Shown here: piece after piece, positions 20,576-28,810 of the stretch
Layout of the letters: every line of letters begins with the position of its first letter
How positions within the stretch are numbered: the first letter of the stretch is position 1
Assembly: GCA_009698805.1 (NCBI GenBank)
Contig: WLPL01000002.1
Coordinates: forward strand, 305-64,304
Source: Actinomycetota bacterium
GTDB lineage: Bacteria; Actinomycetota; Actinomycetes; Actinomycetales; Microbacteriaceae
Length of the DNA stretch: 64,000 nt
Reading direction: 5' to 3'
Translations under genes and position numbers: made by a program
The notes under the pieces: model-generated
Database searches by the model: none
Told to the model about the DNA's origin: nothing
Seen by the model: the letters and a program-made list of their open reading frames with translations, nothing else

Positions 20576-20742
20576 CGGCCAACCGAGAAAAGATGTGCGC
20601 GGAGCTGATGCAGTTCTTCGACTAAAGCTTGTAATTCGCGTTCGCAGGCGCGGGCAGCAGAACCAGACCAGAGTCTCGGTTCGGGCATGGCCGCGTGCAG
20701 CTTCGCGATGATTTCTTGTAATTCTTGATCGACCGTTTCCAT
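20563..20742 (-). CDS. 59-aa WXG-motif helical microprotein
   Basis: METVDQELQEIIAKLHAAMPEPRLWSGSAARACERELQALVEELHQLR; ATG 6 nt after a CAACCT -10; overlaps the hydrolase start. Confidence 0.6.
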   Translation of the reverse strand: METVDQELQEIIAKLHAAMPEPRLWSGSAARACERELQALVEELHQLRAHLFSVGRWLG

Positions 20743-20819
20743 GCGATTAGGTTGCTCGGATTTGAGCACAAGTGACCCCAAAAACCCCAAGCGGTGCATA
20801 ACTAAGGCAAAATAGTTAT

Positions 20820-22211
20820 GTGACCAATCTCTCTTCGCAACCACTCTCTCCGCTCGATGGCCGTTACCGCGCAGCGGTCGGGACTCTTGGCGAATACCTG
20901 AGCGAAGCCGGCCTAAACCGCGCGCGAATTCACGTTGAGATCGAGTGGTTGATTCAGCTAGCCAACCGAGCACTTCTAGGAACCGCAAACCCTGTTCTGC
21001 AGGGCGAAGCAGAAACCCTTCGAGCAGTAGTAACAAACTTCTCAGACGCTAACGTCGCCGAACTGGCCGCAACCGAAGCCACCACCAAACACGACGTCAA
21101 AGCCGTCGAATATTTCGTTCGCAACCAGCTGACCAAGCTCGGGCGCGAAGACCTCCACGAACTAACCCACTTCGGTTGCACTAGCGAAGACATCAATAAT
21201 CTCTCCTACGCCCTGACCATCAAAGATGCCGTCAACGACGTTTGGCTCCCGAAGGCCAAGGCCATGGTCGCGAAGCTCGATGAGCTAGCCAAAAAATACG
21301 TGGACGCCGCCATGCTCGCTCGCACACACGGCCAACCGGCCACCCCGACCACCATGGGCAAAGAGCTGGCCGTCTTCGTCCACCGTTTAAATCGTCAGCT
21401 TGCCCGCATCGAGAAAACCGAATACCTCGGCAAGTTCTCGGGAGCCACCGGAACATTCTCGGCTCATGTCGTCGCAGCCCCAGAGGTCGACTGGATCAAG
21501 CAGTCGCAGGACTTCGTCAATGCACTCGGCCTTACCTGGAACCCGCTGACTACCCAGATCGAATCACACGACTGGCAAGCCGAGCTCTACTCGCGAATCG
21601 CCCTCTTCAACCGAATCCTGCACAACCTCTGCACCGACATCTGGAGCTACATCTCGATCGGCTATTTCAAGCAGATCCCTCAGGAGGGCGCCACTGGCTC
21701 CTCGACAATGCCCCACAAGATCAACCCAATTCGTTTCGAAAACGCAGAGTCAAACCTCGAGCTTTCGAACGCAATCTTGGACTCCTTAGCGGCGACCCTG
21801 GTGACGAGCCGTCTGCAGCGCGACCTCACCGACTCGTCCTCGCAGCGCAACATCGGCCTCGGCTTCGGCCACAGCATGCTCGCCCTCGACAATGTGACTC
21901 GCGGTTTGGGCGAAATAGAACTTTCGGCTGGCGCTCTCGAATCAGACCTTCTAGACAACTGGGAGGTTCTGGGTGAGGCCATCCAAACTGTGATTCGCGC
22001 CGAGGTTGCCGCCGGTCGCTCTCAGATCAGCGACCCATACGCACTACTAAAAGACCTGACTCGCGGCAAGCGCATAGGTCACCAAGAGTTGATTGAGTTC
22101 GTCACCGGGCTAGACATCTCGCAGGAGGCGAAGGATCGCCTGATTGCTTTGCGCCCGAACAACTACACCGGACTAGCCGCTGAGCTGTCCAAGAGGTTCG
22201 GCGCTAAATAA
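20820..22211 (+). CDS. purB: Adenylosuccinate lyase
   Basis: LSPLDGRY, HDVKAVEY, RTHGQPATPTT, GSSTMPHKINP. Confidence 0.97.
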   Translation: MTNLSSQPLSPLDGRYRAAVGTLGEYLSEAGLNRARIHVEIEWLIQLANRALLGTANPVLQGEAETLRAVVTNFSDANVAELAATEATTKHDVKAVEYFVRNQLTKLGREDLHELTHFGCTSEDINNLSYALTIKDAVNDVWLPKAKAMVAKLDELAKKYVDAAMLARTHGQPATPTTMGKELAVFVHRLNRQLARIEKTEYLGKFSGATGTFSAHVVAAPEVDWIKQSQDFVNALGLTWNPLTTQIESHDWQAELYSRIALFNRILHNLCTDIWSYISIGYFKQIPQEGATGSSTMPHKINPIRFENAESNLELSNAILDSLAATLVTSRLQRDLTDSSSQRNIGLGFGHSMLALDNVTRGLGEIELSAGALESDLLDNWEVLGEAIQTVIRAEVAAGRSQISDPYALLKDLTRGKRIGHQELIEFVTGLDISQEAKDRLIALRPNNYTGLAAELSKRFGAK

Positions 22212-22436
22212 CTACTTGAGCCGAGGCTGGTTTGGGTCTTCAGGCTCTGCCCCGCGCAGGCTTAGGTCGAGGGTTGCGATTGCAACTAGAACCACGATGA
22301 ATGCGAGACCGCCCCAGATCAGGCTCTTGGCCAGGTCGCGAAGGCCGCCCCAGACGATGAAGCCGACAATTACGCCAGAGATCGCCGAAATGGTGAGGTA
22401 GACGCGAACGCCGATGATGTTTTTGAGGGAGGCCAT
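22212..22436 (-). CDS. Small 2-TM membrane protein
   Basis: 74-aa hydrophobic ORF at the end of the dnaB operon. Confidence 0.7.
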   Translation of the reverse strand: MASLKNIIGVRVYLTISAISGVIVGFIVWGGLRDLAKSLIWGGLAFIVVLVAIATLDLSLRGAEPEDPNQPRLK

Positions 22437-22445
22437 GACTCTAGC

Positions 22446-22949
22446 CTAATCCTGTTTGAGAGGCTTCGGCCCGGTGGCCTCGATGCCCCAGTGAACTGCC
22501 AGAATCGCGCAGTAAGCGCCGAAGACTCCGACTGCTCCGATCAGATCTGGTTGCACCCAGCCGAAGATGATCCAGAGAATCAGGTGAAGCGACCAGTTGA
22601 CGATGTGGTCGACGTTGCCCTTGATGGCCCAGCGTTTACTGAAGTTTATGACGGTTTCAGATAGGAGTTGAAACAGGCTGACTATTAGCACCAGCATGTA
22701 GAAGCGATCGAAAGGTTCTTTTAGGTTGCCCATGACAGTTGCAAAAGTGATTGTCAGAATCAGACCTATGAAGTTGATGATCGCCACGAAAATTCGCTCG
22801 CGCATGGCCAAGATTTCGACGGCAAACACTAGGACGGCGAAGACCAGAATGGCGATCGACGCGACGTCGACGTTGCCGCGGTTGAAGACCACACCGCCGG
22901 CGCCGATTGCTGCGGCTATTGCTTTGGCGGCGGTGAGCTTTCGGATCAT
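22446..22949 (-). CDS. Hypothetical multi-TM membrane protein
   Basis: About 6 hydrophobic segments; ATGA overlap with the dnaB stop. Confidence 0.75.
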   Translation of the reverse strand: MIRKLTAAKAIAAAIGAGGVVFNRGNVDVASIAILVFAVLVFAVEILAMRERIFVAIINFIGLILTITFATVMGNLKEPFDRFYMLVLIVSLFQLLSETVINFSKRWAIKGNVDHIVNWSLHLILWIIFGWVQPDLIGAVGVFGAYCAILAVHWGIEATGPKPLKQD

Positions 22950-24313
22950 TCGGGCTTCTTCTTACTCATGTTCATAAATCGAGAATAGGCGCCCTGGAAC
23001 AGAACTGGGACAGTGTCGGTAGGGCCGTTGCGCTGCTTGGCGAGGATTATGTCGGCTTCGCCCTTGCGAGTTGACTCGGTGCCAAACATGTCTTCGCGGT
23101 GAAGCAGAATCACGACGTCGGCGTCTTGCTCGAGCGAGCCAGACTCGCGAAGGTGAGAGATTTCGGGCTTCTTGTCGGTCTTCTGCTCAGAGTTTCGGTT
23201 CAGCTGCGAGATAGCGATGACCGGGATGTTCAGCTCTTTGGCTAGGAGCTTTAGCGAACGAGAGAACTCCGAGACTTCTTGCTGGCGCGATTCGACCTTC
23301 TTGCCCGAGGTGAGCAGCTGGATGTAGTCGATGACGATCAGCTTCAGGCCAAGGCTCGAAGAAAGGCGGCGACACTTGGCGCGAATCTCGACCAGGGTGA
23401 GGTTCGCGGAGTCGTCGATGTATAGAGGCGCGTCGTTGAGGTTGCCTCGAACGCTCGCGAGCTTCTTCCACTCGTCTTGGGCAATGGTTCCGCCACGCAT
23501 GCTCTGTAGTCGAACGCTGGATTCGGCACTGAGGAGCCTTAGGGCGATTTCGGCGCGGCTCATTTCGAGAGAGAAGAAGAGGACGCCCTGATTTTGTTCG
23601 ATAGCGGCGTTTCGGGCGATGTCTAGGGCGAGGGTTGACTTGCCGACACCCGGGCGAGCAGCCAAGATGATCAGCTGGCCACCGTGAAGGCCGTGGGTTA
23701 GGGCGTCGAGGTCGTGGAATCCGGTTGCGATGCCGGCCATTTCGCCGCCGCGCTTCTGGGCGAGCTCGATCTGTTCGACAGCTGCCTCAAGCGAGACGTT
23801 TAGGGGTGCGTAGTCTTCGCTGAAGGCCGATGAGCCAACCGCGTAGATCTCAGCTTGGGCTGCGTTGACTAGGTCTTCGACTTCGCCCTCGTTGGTGTAA
23901 CCCATCGATGCGATCGAGGTTCCGGCTTCGACCAAACGGCGCAGAACGGCCTTTTCTTGAACGATTTTGGCGTAGAAGCCGGCGTTTGCTGCCGTTGGCA
24001 CAACGCTGGTGAGGCTGTGAAGGTAGTCTGCGCCACCGCCGCGAACCAGGTTTCCGTTGCGAGTGAGTTCTGCGGTGACAGTGATTACGTCGGTTGGTTC
24101 GCCTCGGCCATAGAGGGCGTAGATCGAGCTGAAGATGATTTCGTGCTTTGGCGCGTAGAAGTCGTGTGAACCGATGTATTCGAAGACGTCTGCAATGGCG
24201 TCTTGTGAGAGCAGCATTCCGCCTAGAACAGACTGTTCTGCCTGAAGGTCGTGCGGCAAAACCCGATCAACCGAACCGATTTGATCGCCTTTTGGGGCCG
24301 TTGAAAACGCCAT
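22946..24313 (-). CDS. dnaB: Replicative DNA helicase DnaB (no intein)
   Basis: PHDLQAEQSVLG, AARPGVGKS, IDYIQL, SQLNR, LRESGSLEQDAD, KQRNGPT. Confidence 0.98.
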   Translation of the reverse strand: MAFSTAPKGDQIGSVDRVLPHDLQAEQSVLGGMLLSQDAIADVFEYIGSHDFYAPKHEIIFSSIYALYGRGEPTDVITVTAELTRNGNLVRGGGADYLHSLTSVVPTAANAGFYAKIVQEKAVLRRLVEAGTSIASMGYTNEGEVEDLVNAAQAEIYAVGSSAFSEDYAPLNVSLEAAVEQIELAQKRGGEMAGIATGFHDLDALTHGLHGGQLIILAARPGVGKSTLALDIARNAAIEQNQGVLFFSLEMSRAEIALRLLSAESSVRLQSMRGGTIAQDEWKKLASVRGNLNDAPLYIDDSANLTLVEIRAKCRRLSSSLGLKLIVIDYIQLLTSGKKVESRQQEVSEFSRSLKLLAKELNIPVIAISQLNRNSEQKTDKKPEISHLRESGSLEQDADVVILLHREDMFGTESTRKGEADIILAKQRNGPTDTVPVLFQGAYSRFMNMSKKKPE

Positions 24314-24382
24314 GGCTACCTCCTAATACTCGCTAAGACTTTTCTAGCATTCACCATGGACACCGATAAAGCGAACAGCGCC

Positions 24383-24605
24383 TGTGGAGAAATTGTGGAA
24401 AACTGTGGAGACACGCCGATGGTTATGTGGATAACCTGTGGATAACCTGTGGAGGAATTGTGTATAACTATCAGTTTAGCCAATAAACACATGGGTTCTA
24501 GCCTGTGAGGAAACAAATTTTGAAAAGTCTAAACTTCCACCTGAGACTTGGCTCATCCGTAGATTCCGACACGCCGAAAGCCGAGTTATACACAAGTTAT
24601 CCACA
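24383..24605. repeat. DnaA-box cluster upstream of dnaB
   Basis: Boxes at 24383, 24394, 24404, 24426, 24437, 24448, 24459 (TGTGGATAA orientation) and 24586, 24597 (TTATCCACA orientation). Confidence 0.85.
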
Positions 24606-24608
24606 GGG

Positions 24609-24646
24609 TAAAAGGAACGGCGCCGAGTAAAAACCCGGCGCCGCCC
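24609..24646 (-). terminator. Intrinsic terminator after rplI
   Basis: GGGCGGCGCCGGG-TTTTTA-CTCGGCGCCGTTC followed by CTTTTT. Confidence 0.75.
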
Positions 24647-24658
24647 AGTTAGATCTAG

Positions 24659-25111
24659 TTACTTTGCAGCCACAACCTGGAGGGTCACGGTGGCAACTAC
24701 GTCGCCGTGAAGGCGAACGGTTGCTTCGTGGTTGCCGGTTACGCGAATTGCGCCGCCGAACTCCACCTTGCGCTTGTCGACCTCTGGAAGACCAGCGGTG
24801 ACGATAGCTGCAACGACATCGGCGGTCTTGACGGCGCCGAATAGACGACCCTCTTTACCGGCCTTGACCTCGATGCGGATCGGCTTCTCTTCAAGGCGAG
24901 CCTTGAGGGTCTGTGCCTCTTCAACGGTTGCAAGTGCACGAGCGTCGCGACCAGCGCGAATCGAGTCAACCTGCTTCTCGCCACCCTTGCTCCAAACGAC
25001 TGCAAAGCCCTTTGGAATCAAGAAGTTACGAGCGTAACCGTTCTTTACTTCAACAACGTCGCCTGCGGAACCAAGACCGGAGACCTCGTTGGTCAGAATA
25101 ACCTTCGACAT
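24659..25111 (-). CDS. rplI: 50S ribosomal protein L9
   Basis: [24 protein letters not shown]. Confidence 0.97.
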   Translation of the reverse strand: MSKVILTNEVSGLGSAGDVVEVKNGYARNFLIPKGFAVVWSKGGEKQVDSIRAGRDARALATVEEAQTLKARLEEKPIRIEVKAGKEGRLFGAVKTADVVAAIVTAGLPEVDKRKVEFGGAIRVTGNHEATVRLHGDVVATVTLQVVAAK

Positions 25112-25123
25112 ACTTCCTGCTCC

Positions 25124-25387
25124 TTAGTTGCGGCCTGCGCCCGAGTATGGCAAAAGAGCCATTTCGCGAGCGTTTTTGATGGCACGTGAGATTAGACGCT
25201 GTTCCTGAACAGAAACACCGGTGATGCGACGGGCGCGGATCTTTCCGCGGTCCGAGATGAACTTACGTAGGGTTGCGACATCTTTGTAGTCGATGACACC
25301 AACCTTGATTGACTTAACCGGCGCTAGCTTCGCATTCTTTGCGTTGCGGTTTGGCTTGCGACGGTCGTCGTTTGACTTTCCAGCCAT
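25124..25387 (-). CDS. rpsR: 30S ribosomal protein S18 (Zn-free type)
   Basis: [26 protein letters not shown]...AREMALLPY. Confidence 0.97.
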   Translation of the reverse strand: MAGKSNDDRRKPNRNAKNAKLAPVKSIKVGVIDYKDVATLRKFISDRGKIRARRITGVSVQEQRLISRAIKNAREMALLPYSGAGRN

Positions 25388-25410
25388 TTGATACTCCTAA
25401 AGTTTTCGAA

Positions 25411-25899
25411 TTAGAACGGGGTGTCGTCTGCGCCGGCAGAAGCGCCTGGGTTAGCCCAGTCGTCTGCTGCCTTTGGTCCCTTGGCAGCACCCGAGTCGCC
25501 CCAAGGGGTCTCGGCTACTGCGCCGCCCTCACGGGCACGACGGGTGATTGACGCGGTTGCGTAGCGCAGCGAGCCACCGATTTCATCGATGTCTAGCTCT
25601 AGCGAGGCGCGAGCCTCACCAGCAGTCGACTGGTAGGCCGAAGGGGCCTTTAGTCGACCGGTCACGATAACGCGGGAGCCTTTGGTAAGCGACTGAGCAA
25701 CGTTTTCTGCAAGCTCACGCCATGCGGTGCAACGCACCCACACGGTTTCGCCGTCTACCCATGCGTTGGTCTCGCGGTTGAAGGTGCGAGGGGTTGAACC
25801 CACACGAACGCTTACAACTGCCAGCCCACCCTGGGTGTAACGAAGCTCTGGATCGTCGGCTAGGTTGCCAACAATGGTTACGTTTAGTTCGCCGGCCAT
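25411..25899 (-). CDS. ssb: Single-stranded DNA-binding protein
   Basis: ATG 25899 MAGELNVTIVGNLADDPELRYT...; acidic DDTPF tail. Confidence 0.97.
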   Translation of the reverse strand: MAGELNVTIVGNLADDPELRYTQGGLAVVSVRVGSTPRTFNRETNAWVDGETVWVRCTAWRELAENVAQSLTKGSRVIVTGRLKAPSAYQSTAGEARASLELDIDEIGGSLRYATASITRRAREGGAVAETPWGDSGAAKGPKAADDWANPGASAGADDTPF

Positions 25900-25903
25900 G
25901 GTG

Positions 25904-26302
25904 CTACTCAGCGTCCTTCTTGGCAGCTGGCTTGCGCGGAGCACGAGCCGGCTTGGTGTCAGCGATCTCTGCAGCAGTGATCTCTGGAACATCAATCGGC
26001 TTGATGCTGACGACAGCCTCGTCTGCACGAAGAACCTTGGTGCGCATGACGGCTTCTGAAAGTCGCAGCTGGCGGTCTACTTCGAGAATGTCGGCAGATG
26101 TTGCCTTCAGGTTCACGACGGCGTAGATGCCTTCGGTCTTCTTGTTGATTTCGTAGGCCAGGCGACGTTTTCCCCAGATTTCAACGTTTTCAATGGTGCC
26201 TCCACCATTTTTAACTACGCTGAGGAATTTGTCGAGGCTTGGAGCAACGGTACGTTCTTCGACTGATGGGTCGAGGATAACCATGAGCTCGTATGGATGC
26301 AT
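25904..26302 (-). CDS. rpsF: 30S ribosomal protein S6
   Basis: [26 protein letters not shown]. Confidence 0.97.
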   Translation of the reverse strand: MHPYELMVILDPSVEERTVAPSLDKFLSVVKNGGGTIENVEIWGKRRLAYEINKKTEGIYAVVNLKATSADILEVDRQLRLSEAVMRTKVLRADEAVVSIKPIDVPEITAAEIADTKPARAPRKPAAKKDAE

Positions 26303-26304
26303 AA

Positions 26305-26358
26305 CTAACCCACCTCCTTCGGACTAAACGGTCATGGGATTTCCATAACAGGAGGGTA
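26305..26358 (-). promoter_or_regulatory. rpsF (S6:S18-binding) mRNA leader
   Basis: CCCTCCTGTTATGGAAATCCCATGACCGTTTAGTCCGAAGGAGG: hairpin followed by CCG, with a 5' CCTCCT able to pair with the AGGAGG RBS. Confidence 0.65.
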
Positions 26359-26399
26359 AATAAGCATCGCTACCCAAAGAAATGGGCAACCTGAATACT

Positions 26400-27818
26400 C
26401 TACCTGCTAGACCACCATGCGAGCAAGCGCTCCTTTGCCGCCTCCGGGCCGATCGAGCCCTCTTCGAGACGCAGTTCCATCAAAAAGTCGCGAGCCTCGC
26501 CAACCTCTCGGCTTGGCTTGAGCCCAAGAATTTCCATGATTTCCTCGCCCGAGAGGTCGGGGCGCAACGAGTCGAGTTCTTCCTGCTCGCGAAGCTCCGC
26601 AATTCGGTTCTCTAGGTCGTCGTAGGCAAAGGAAAGCCGTTCGGCCTTGCGCTGGTTGCGCGTGGTTACATCGGCTCGAGTCAGCGCGTGCAATGGAAGC
26701 AGAAGATCTTCGGCGTCACGCACGTAGCGGCGAACCGCAGAGTCGCTCCAGGCTTGATCGCCGTAGCCAAAAAAGCGCAGGTGCAGTTCAATCAATCGAC
26801 CAACCGCACGAATCGTTTCGTTGTCGAACTTGAGAGCTTGCATTCGCTTCTTGGCGATGCGCGAGCCAACCAAGTCGTGCTGGTGAAAAGTCACGCCACC
26901 GCCCGGCTCAAGCTTGCGAGTCTTCGGCTTACCGCAGTCGTGCAGCAAAGCGGCAAAGCGCAACACGAAGTTGCCCTCGAGACCGTAATCCTTCTCGTAA
27001 CCGATCGCCTGTTCAACCACGGTGAGTGTGTGTTCGAAGACGTCCTTGTGATGGTGGTGTTCGTCGACCTCGAGCTTCAGGGCGGGTAGTTCGGGCAGCA
27101 CCAGCTCGGCCAGACCAGAATCGACAAGCGCGGTAAGGCCCTTGCGAGGGTTGGCGCCGAGCATGAGCTTGACGATTTCTTCTCGGACGCGCTCAGCAGA
27201 GATTATTTCGATGCGCGAGGACATCGAAACCATGGCATCAAAGGTGGCTGGCTCGATTTCGAAACCCAACTGCGACGCAAACCGCGCGGCACGCATCATG
27301 CGCAGCGGGTCATCGCTAAATGAGTCTTCGGGTTTGCCAGGTGTGCGAATCACACCGGCCAATAGGTCTTGCAGTCCATTGAACGGGTCGACGAAGGTGT
27401 TTGATGGCAGGCGAAGCGCCATCGAGTTGATCGTGAAGTCGCGCCTGAACAGGTCTTCGTTGAGGTCGCTGCCGAAGGCGACCTCGGGTTTGCGGCTCTC
27501 GGGCTCGTATTTATCTGCTCGGTAGGTGGTGATCTCGATCTGATCTTCGCCGACTTTTGCACCGATGGTTCCGAACTCGCGGCCGATGTCCCAGTGGGAA
27601 TCGACGAAAGGCTTCAGAATATTTAGAATCTCGTCTGGCGTGGCATCGGTGGTGAAGTCGAGGTCCGGCGCTTTGCGGCCCAAAAATGCATCGCGAACCG
27701 GACCGCCGACGAGCGAAAGCTCGAAGCCTGCGTCGCCAAAGCGTTTACCGAGTTCGACAAACAAAGGCTCACTTGTAATGCGCTCAAGATTTGCTAGCGC
27801 GGAGGCAACCGTTTGCAT
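26400..27818 (-). CDS. cca: CCA tRNA nucleotidyltransferase (with HD domain)
   Basis: LVGGPVRD, DLDFTT, RRDFTIN, DDPLRMMRAARF, LLHDCGK. Confidence 0.94.
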   Translation of the reverse strand: MQTVASALANLERITSEPLFVELGKRFGDAGFELSLVGGPVRDAFLGRKAPDLDFTTDATPDEILNILKPFVDSHWDIGREFGTIGAKVGEDQIEITTYRADKYEPESRKPEVAFGSDLNEDLFRRDFTINSMALRLPSNTFVDPFNGLQDLLAGVIRTPGKPEDSFSDDPLRMMRAARFASQLGFEIEPATFDAMVSMSSRIEIISAERVREEIVKLMLGANPRKGLTALVDSGLAELVLPELPALKLEVDEHHHHKDVFEHTLTVVEQAIGYEKDYGLEGNFVLRFAALLHDCGKPKTRKLEPGGGVTFHQHDLVGSRIAKKRMQALKFDNETIRAVGRLIELHLRFFGYGDQAWSDSAVRRYVRDAEDLLLPLHALTRADVTTRNQRKAERLSFAYDDLENRIAELREQEELDSLRPDLSGEEIMEILGLKPSREVGEARDFLMELRLEEGSIGPEAAKERLLAWWSSR

Positions 27819-27861
27819 GGCTTTTAGTGTGCCACAGGGTTGCGGGTTTAGGCTTTGACTA

Positions 27862-28329
27862 ATGAAACTGCGCCCGAAACTTTCACGCTCACGGCAGGTC
27901 GAGGAGACCTCTGCTGGCGGCTTTGTTCTGGCGGCCGACGGCAGCGAAAAGGTTGCGCTGATCGGCAGAAATACTCGCAGTAATCGACTCGAGTGGTGCG
28001 TGCCAAAGGGCCACCCTGAGGGTGCCGAAAGCGTTGAGTCGGCTGCGATTCGCGAGGTTGCCGAAGAGACCGGTTTGATTTGCGAAATTATCGCGCCACT
28101 CGGTGTAATCGACTACAAGTTTCAGGCCGGCGGCAAGCTGATTCACAAGACCGTGCATCACTTTCTAATGCGCCAGCTCGGTGGCGAGCTCACGATTGAG
28201 AACGACCCTGACCACGAGGCCGTAGACGTCATGTGGGTGTCGCTCGATGACATCACTGGGGTTCTCGCCCACGAAAACGAGCGCAGGATGGCTCGAGGAG
28301 TCATCGAATGGGTGGAGCGGAACCGATGA
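27862..28329 (+). CDS. NUDIX hydrolase
   Basis: Nudix box PKGHPEGAESVESAAIREVAEETG. Confidence 0.92.
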   Translation: MKLRPKLSRSRQVEETSAGGFVLAADGSEKVALIGRNTRSNRLEWCVPKGHPEGAESVESAAIREVAEETGLICEIIAPLGVIDYKFQAGGKLIHKTVHHFLMRQLGGELTIENDPDHEAVDVMWVSLDDITGVLAHENERRMARGVIEWVERNR

Positions 28330-28808
28330 AGAGGCTGTTCGCTGCTCTTATCGTTGCTTTTGCTTTCACGGCAGCAGCCCCGGCCCTTGCCGCCGACAGC
28401 TACGACATCAAGATCGTGAACGCCAGCGACATCAACATGGTCGCCAAGGACTCCCGCCTGCCGATCATTATTCGAAACGACTACGACAGCGAAGCACGCG
28501 TGCTGGTGCACGTGATCGCAAACAATTCCAAGGTGACCGCGCCTGAGGCTACCCCCGCGGTCGTCCCAGGCTTCAGCACCTACACGGCAAAGGTTCCGGT
28601 GACCGCGATTTCTAGTGGTGACGTCGAGCTAGAGGTTTGGTTGACCAGCATGAACGGAGTTCGACTAACCGAAAACGTGAAGTTGAACATGCACATCAAC
28701 TCGAGCCTCGAGGTTTTTCTAATCGGCGGTTTAGCAACCTTGGTTGTCTTGCTCGGCTCGGTCGGTGTGGTTCGAACCCTGCGCAAGAAGTCGAGGGCTA
28801 GCGCTTGA
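28326..28808 (+). CDS. Exported, C-terminally anchored protein (short DUF6049-like)
   Basis: Signal peptide ending ALA-A, beta-rich domain, C-terminal TM plus basic tail; sits between NUDIX and murJ. Confidence 0.65.
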   Translation: MKRLFAALIVAFAFTAAAPALAADSYDIKIVNASDINMVAKDSRLPIIIRNDYDSEARVLVHVIANNSKVTAPEATPAVVPGFSTYTAKVPVTAISSGDVELEVWLTSMNGVRLTENVKLNMHINSSLEVFLIGGLATLVVLLGSVGVVRTLRKKSRASA

Positions 28809-28810
28809 GT

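Noticed and set aside
20762-20801. DnaA-box-like pair (TTGAGCACA, GGTGCATAA) between the WXG ORF and purB
   Set aside because: Too degenerate to distinguish from chance.
24383-24467. Short periodic repeats as a CRISPR array or as ORF 24316..24516
   Set aside because: Units are 9-11 bp DnaA boxes with no spacers or cas genes; the ORF is just the translated boxes.
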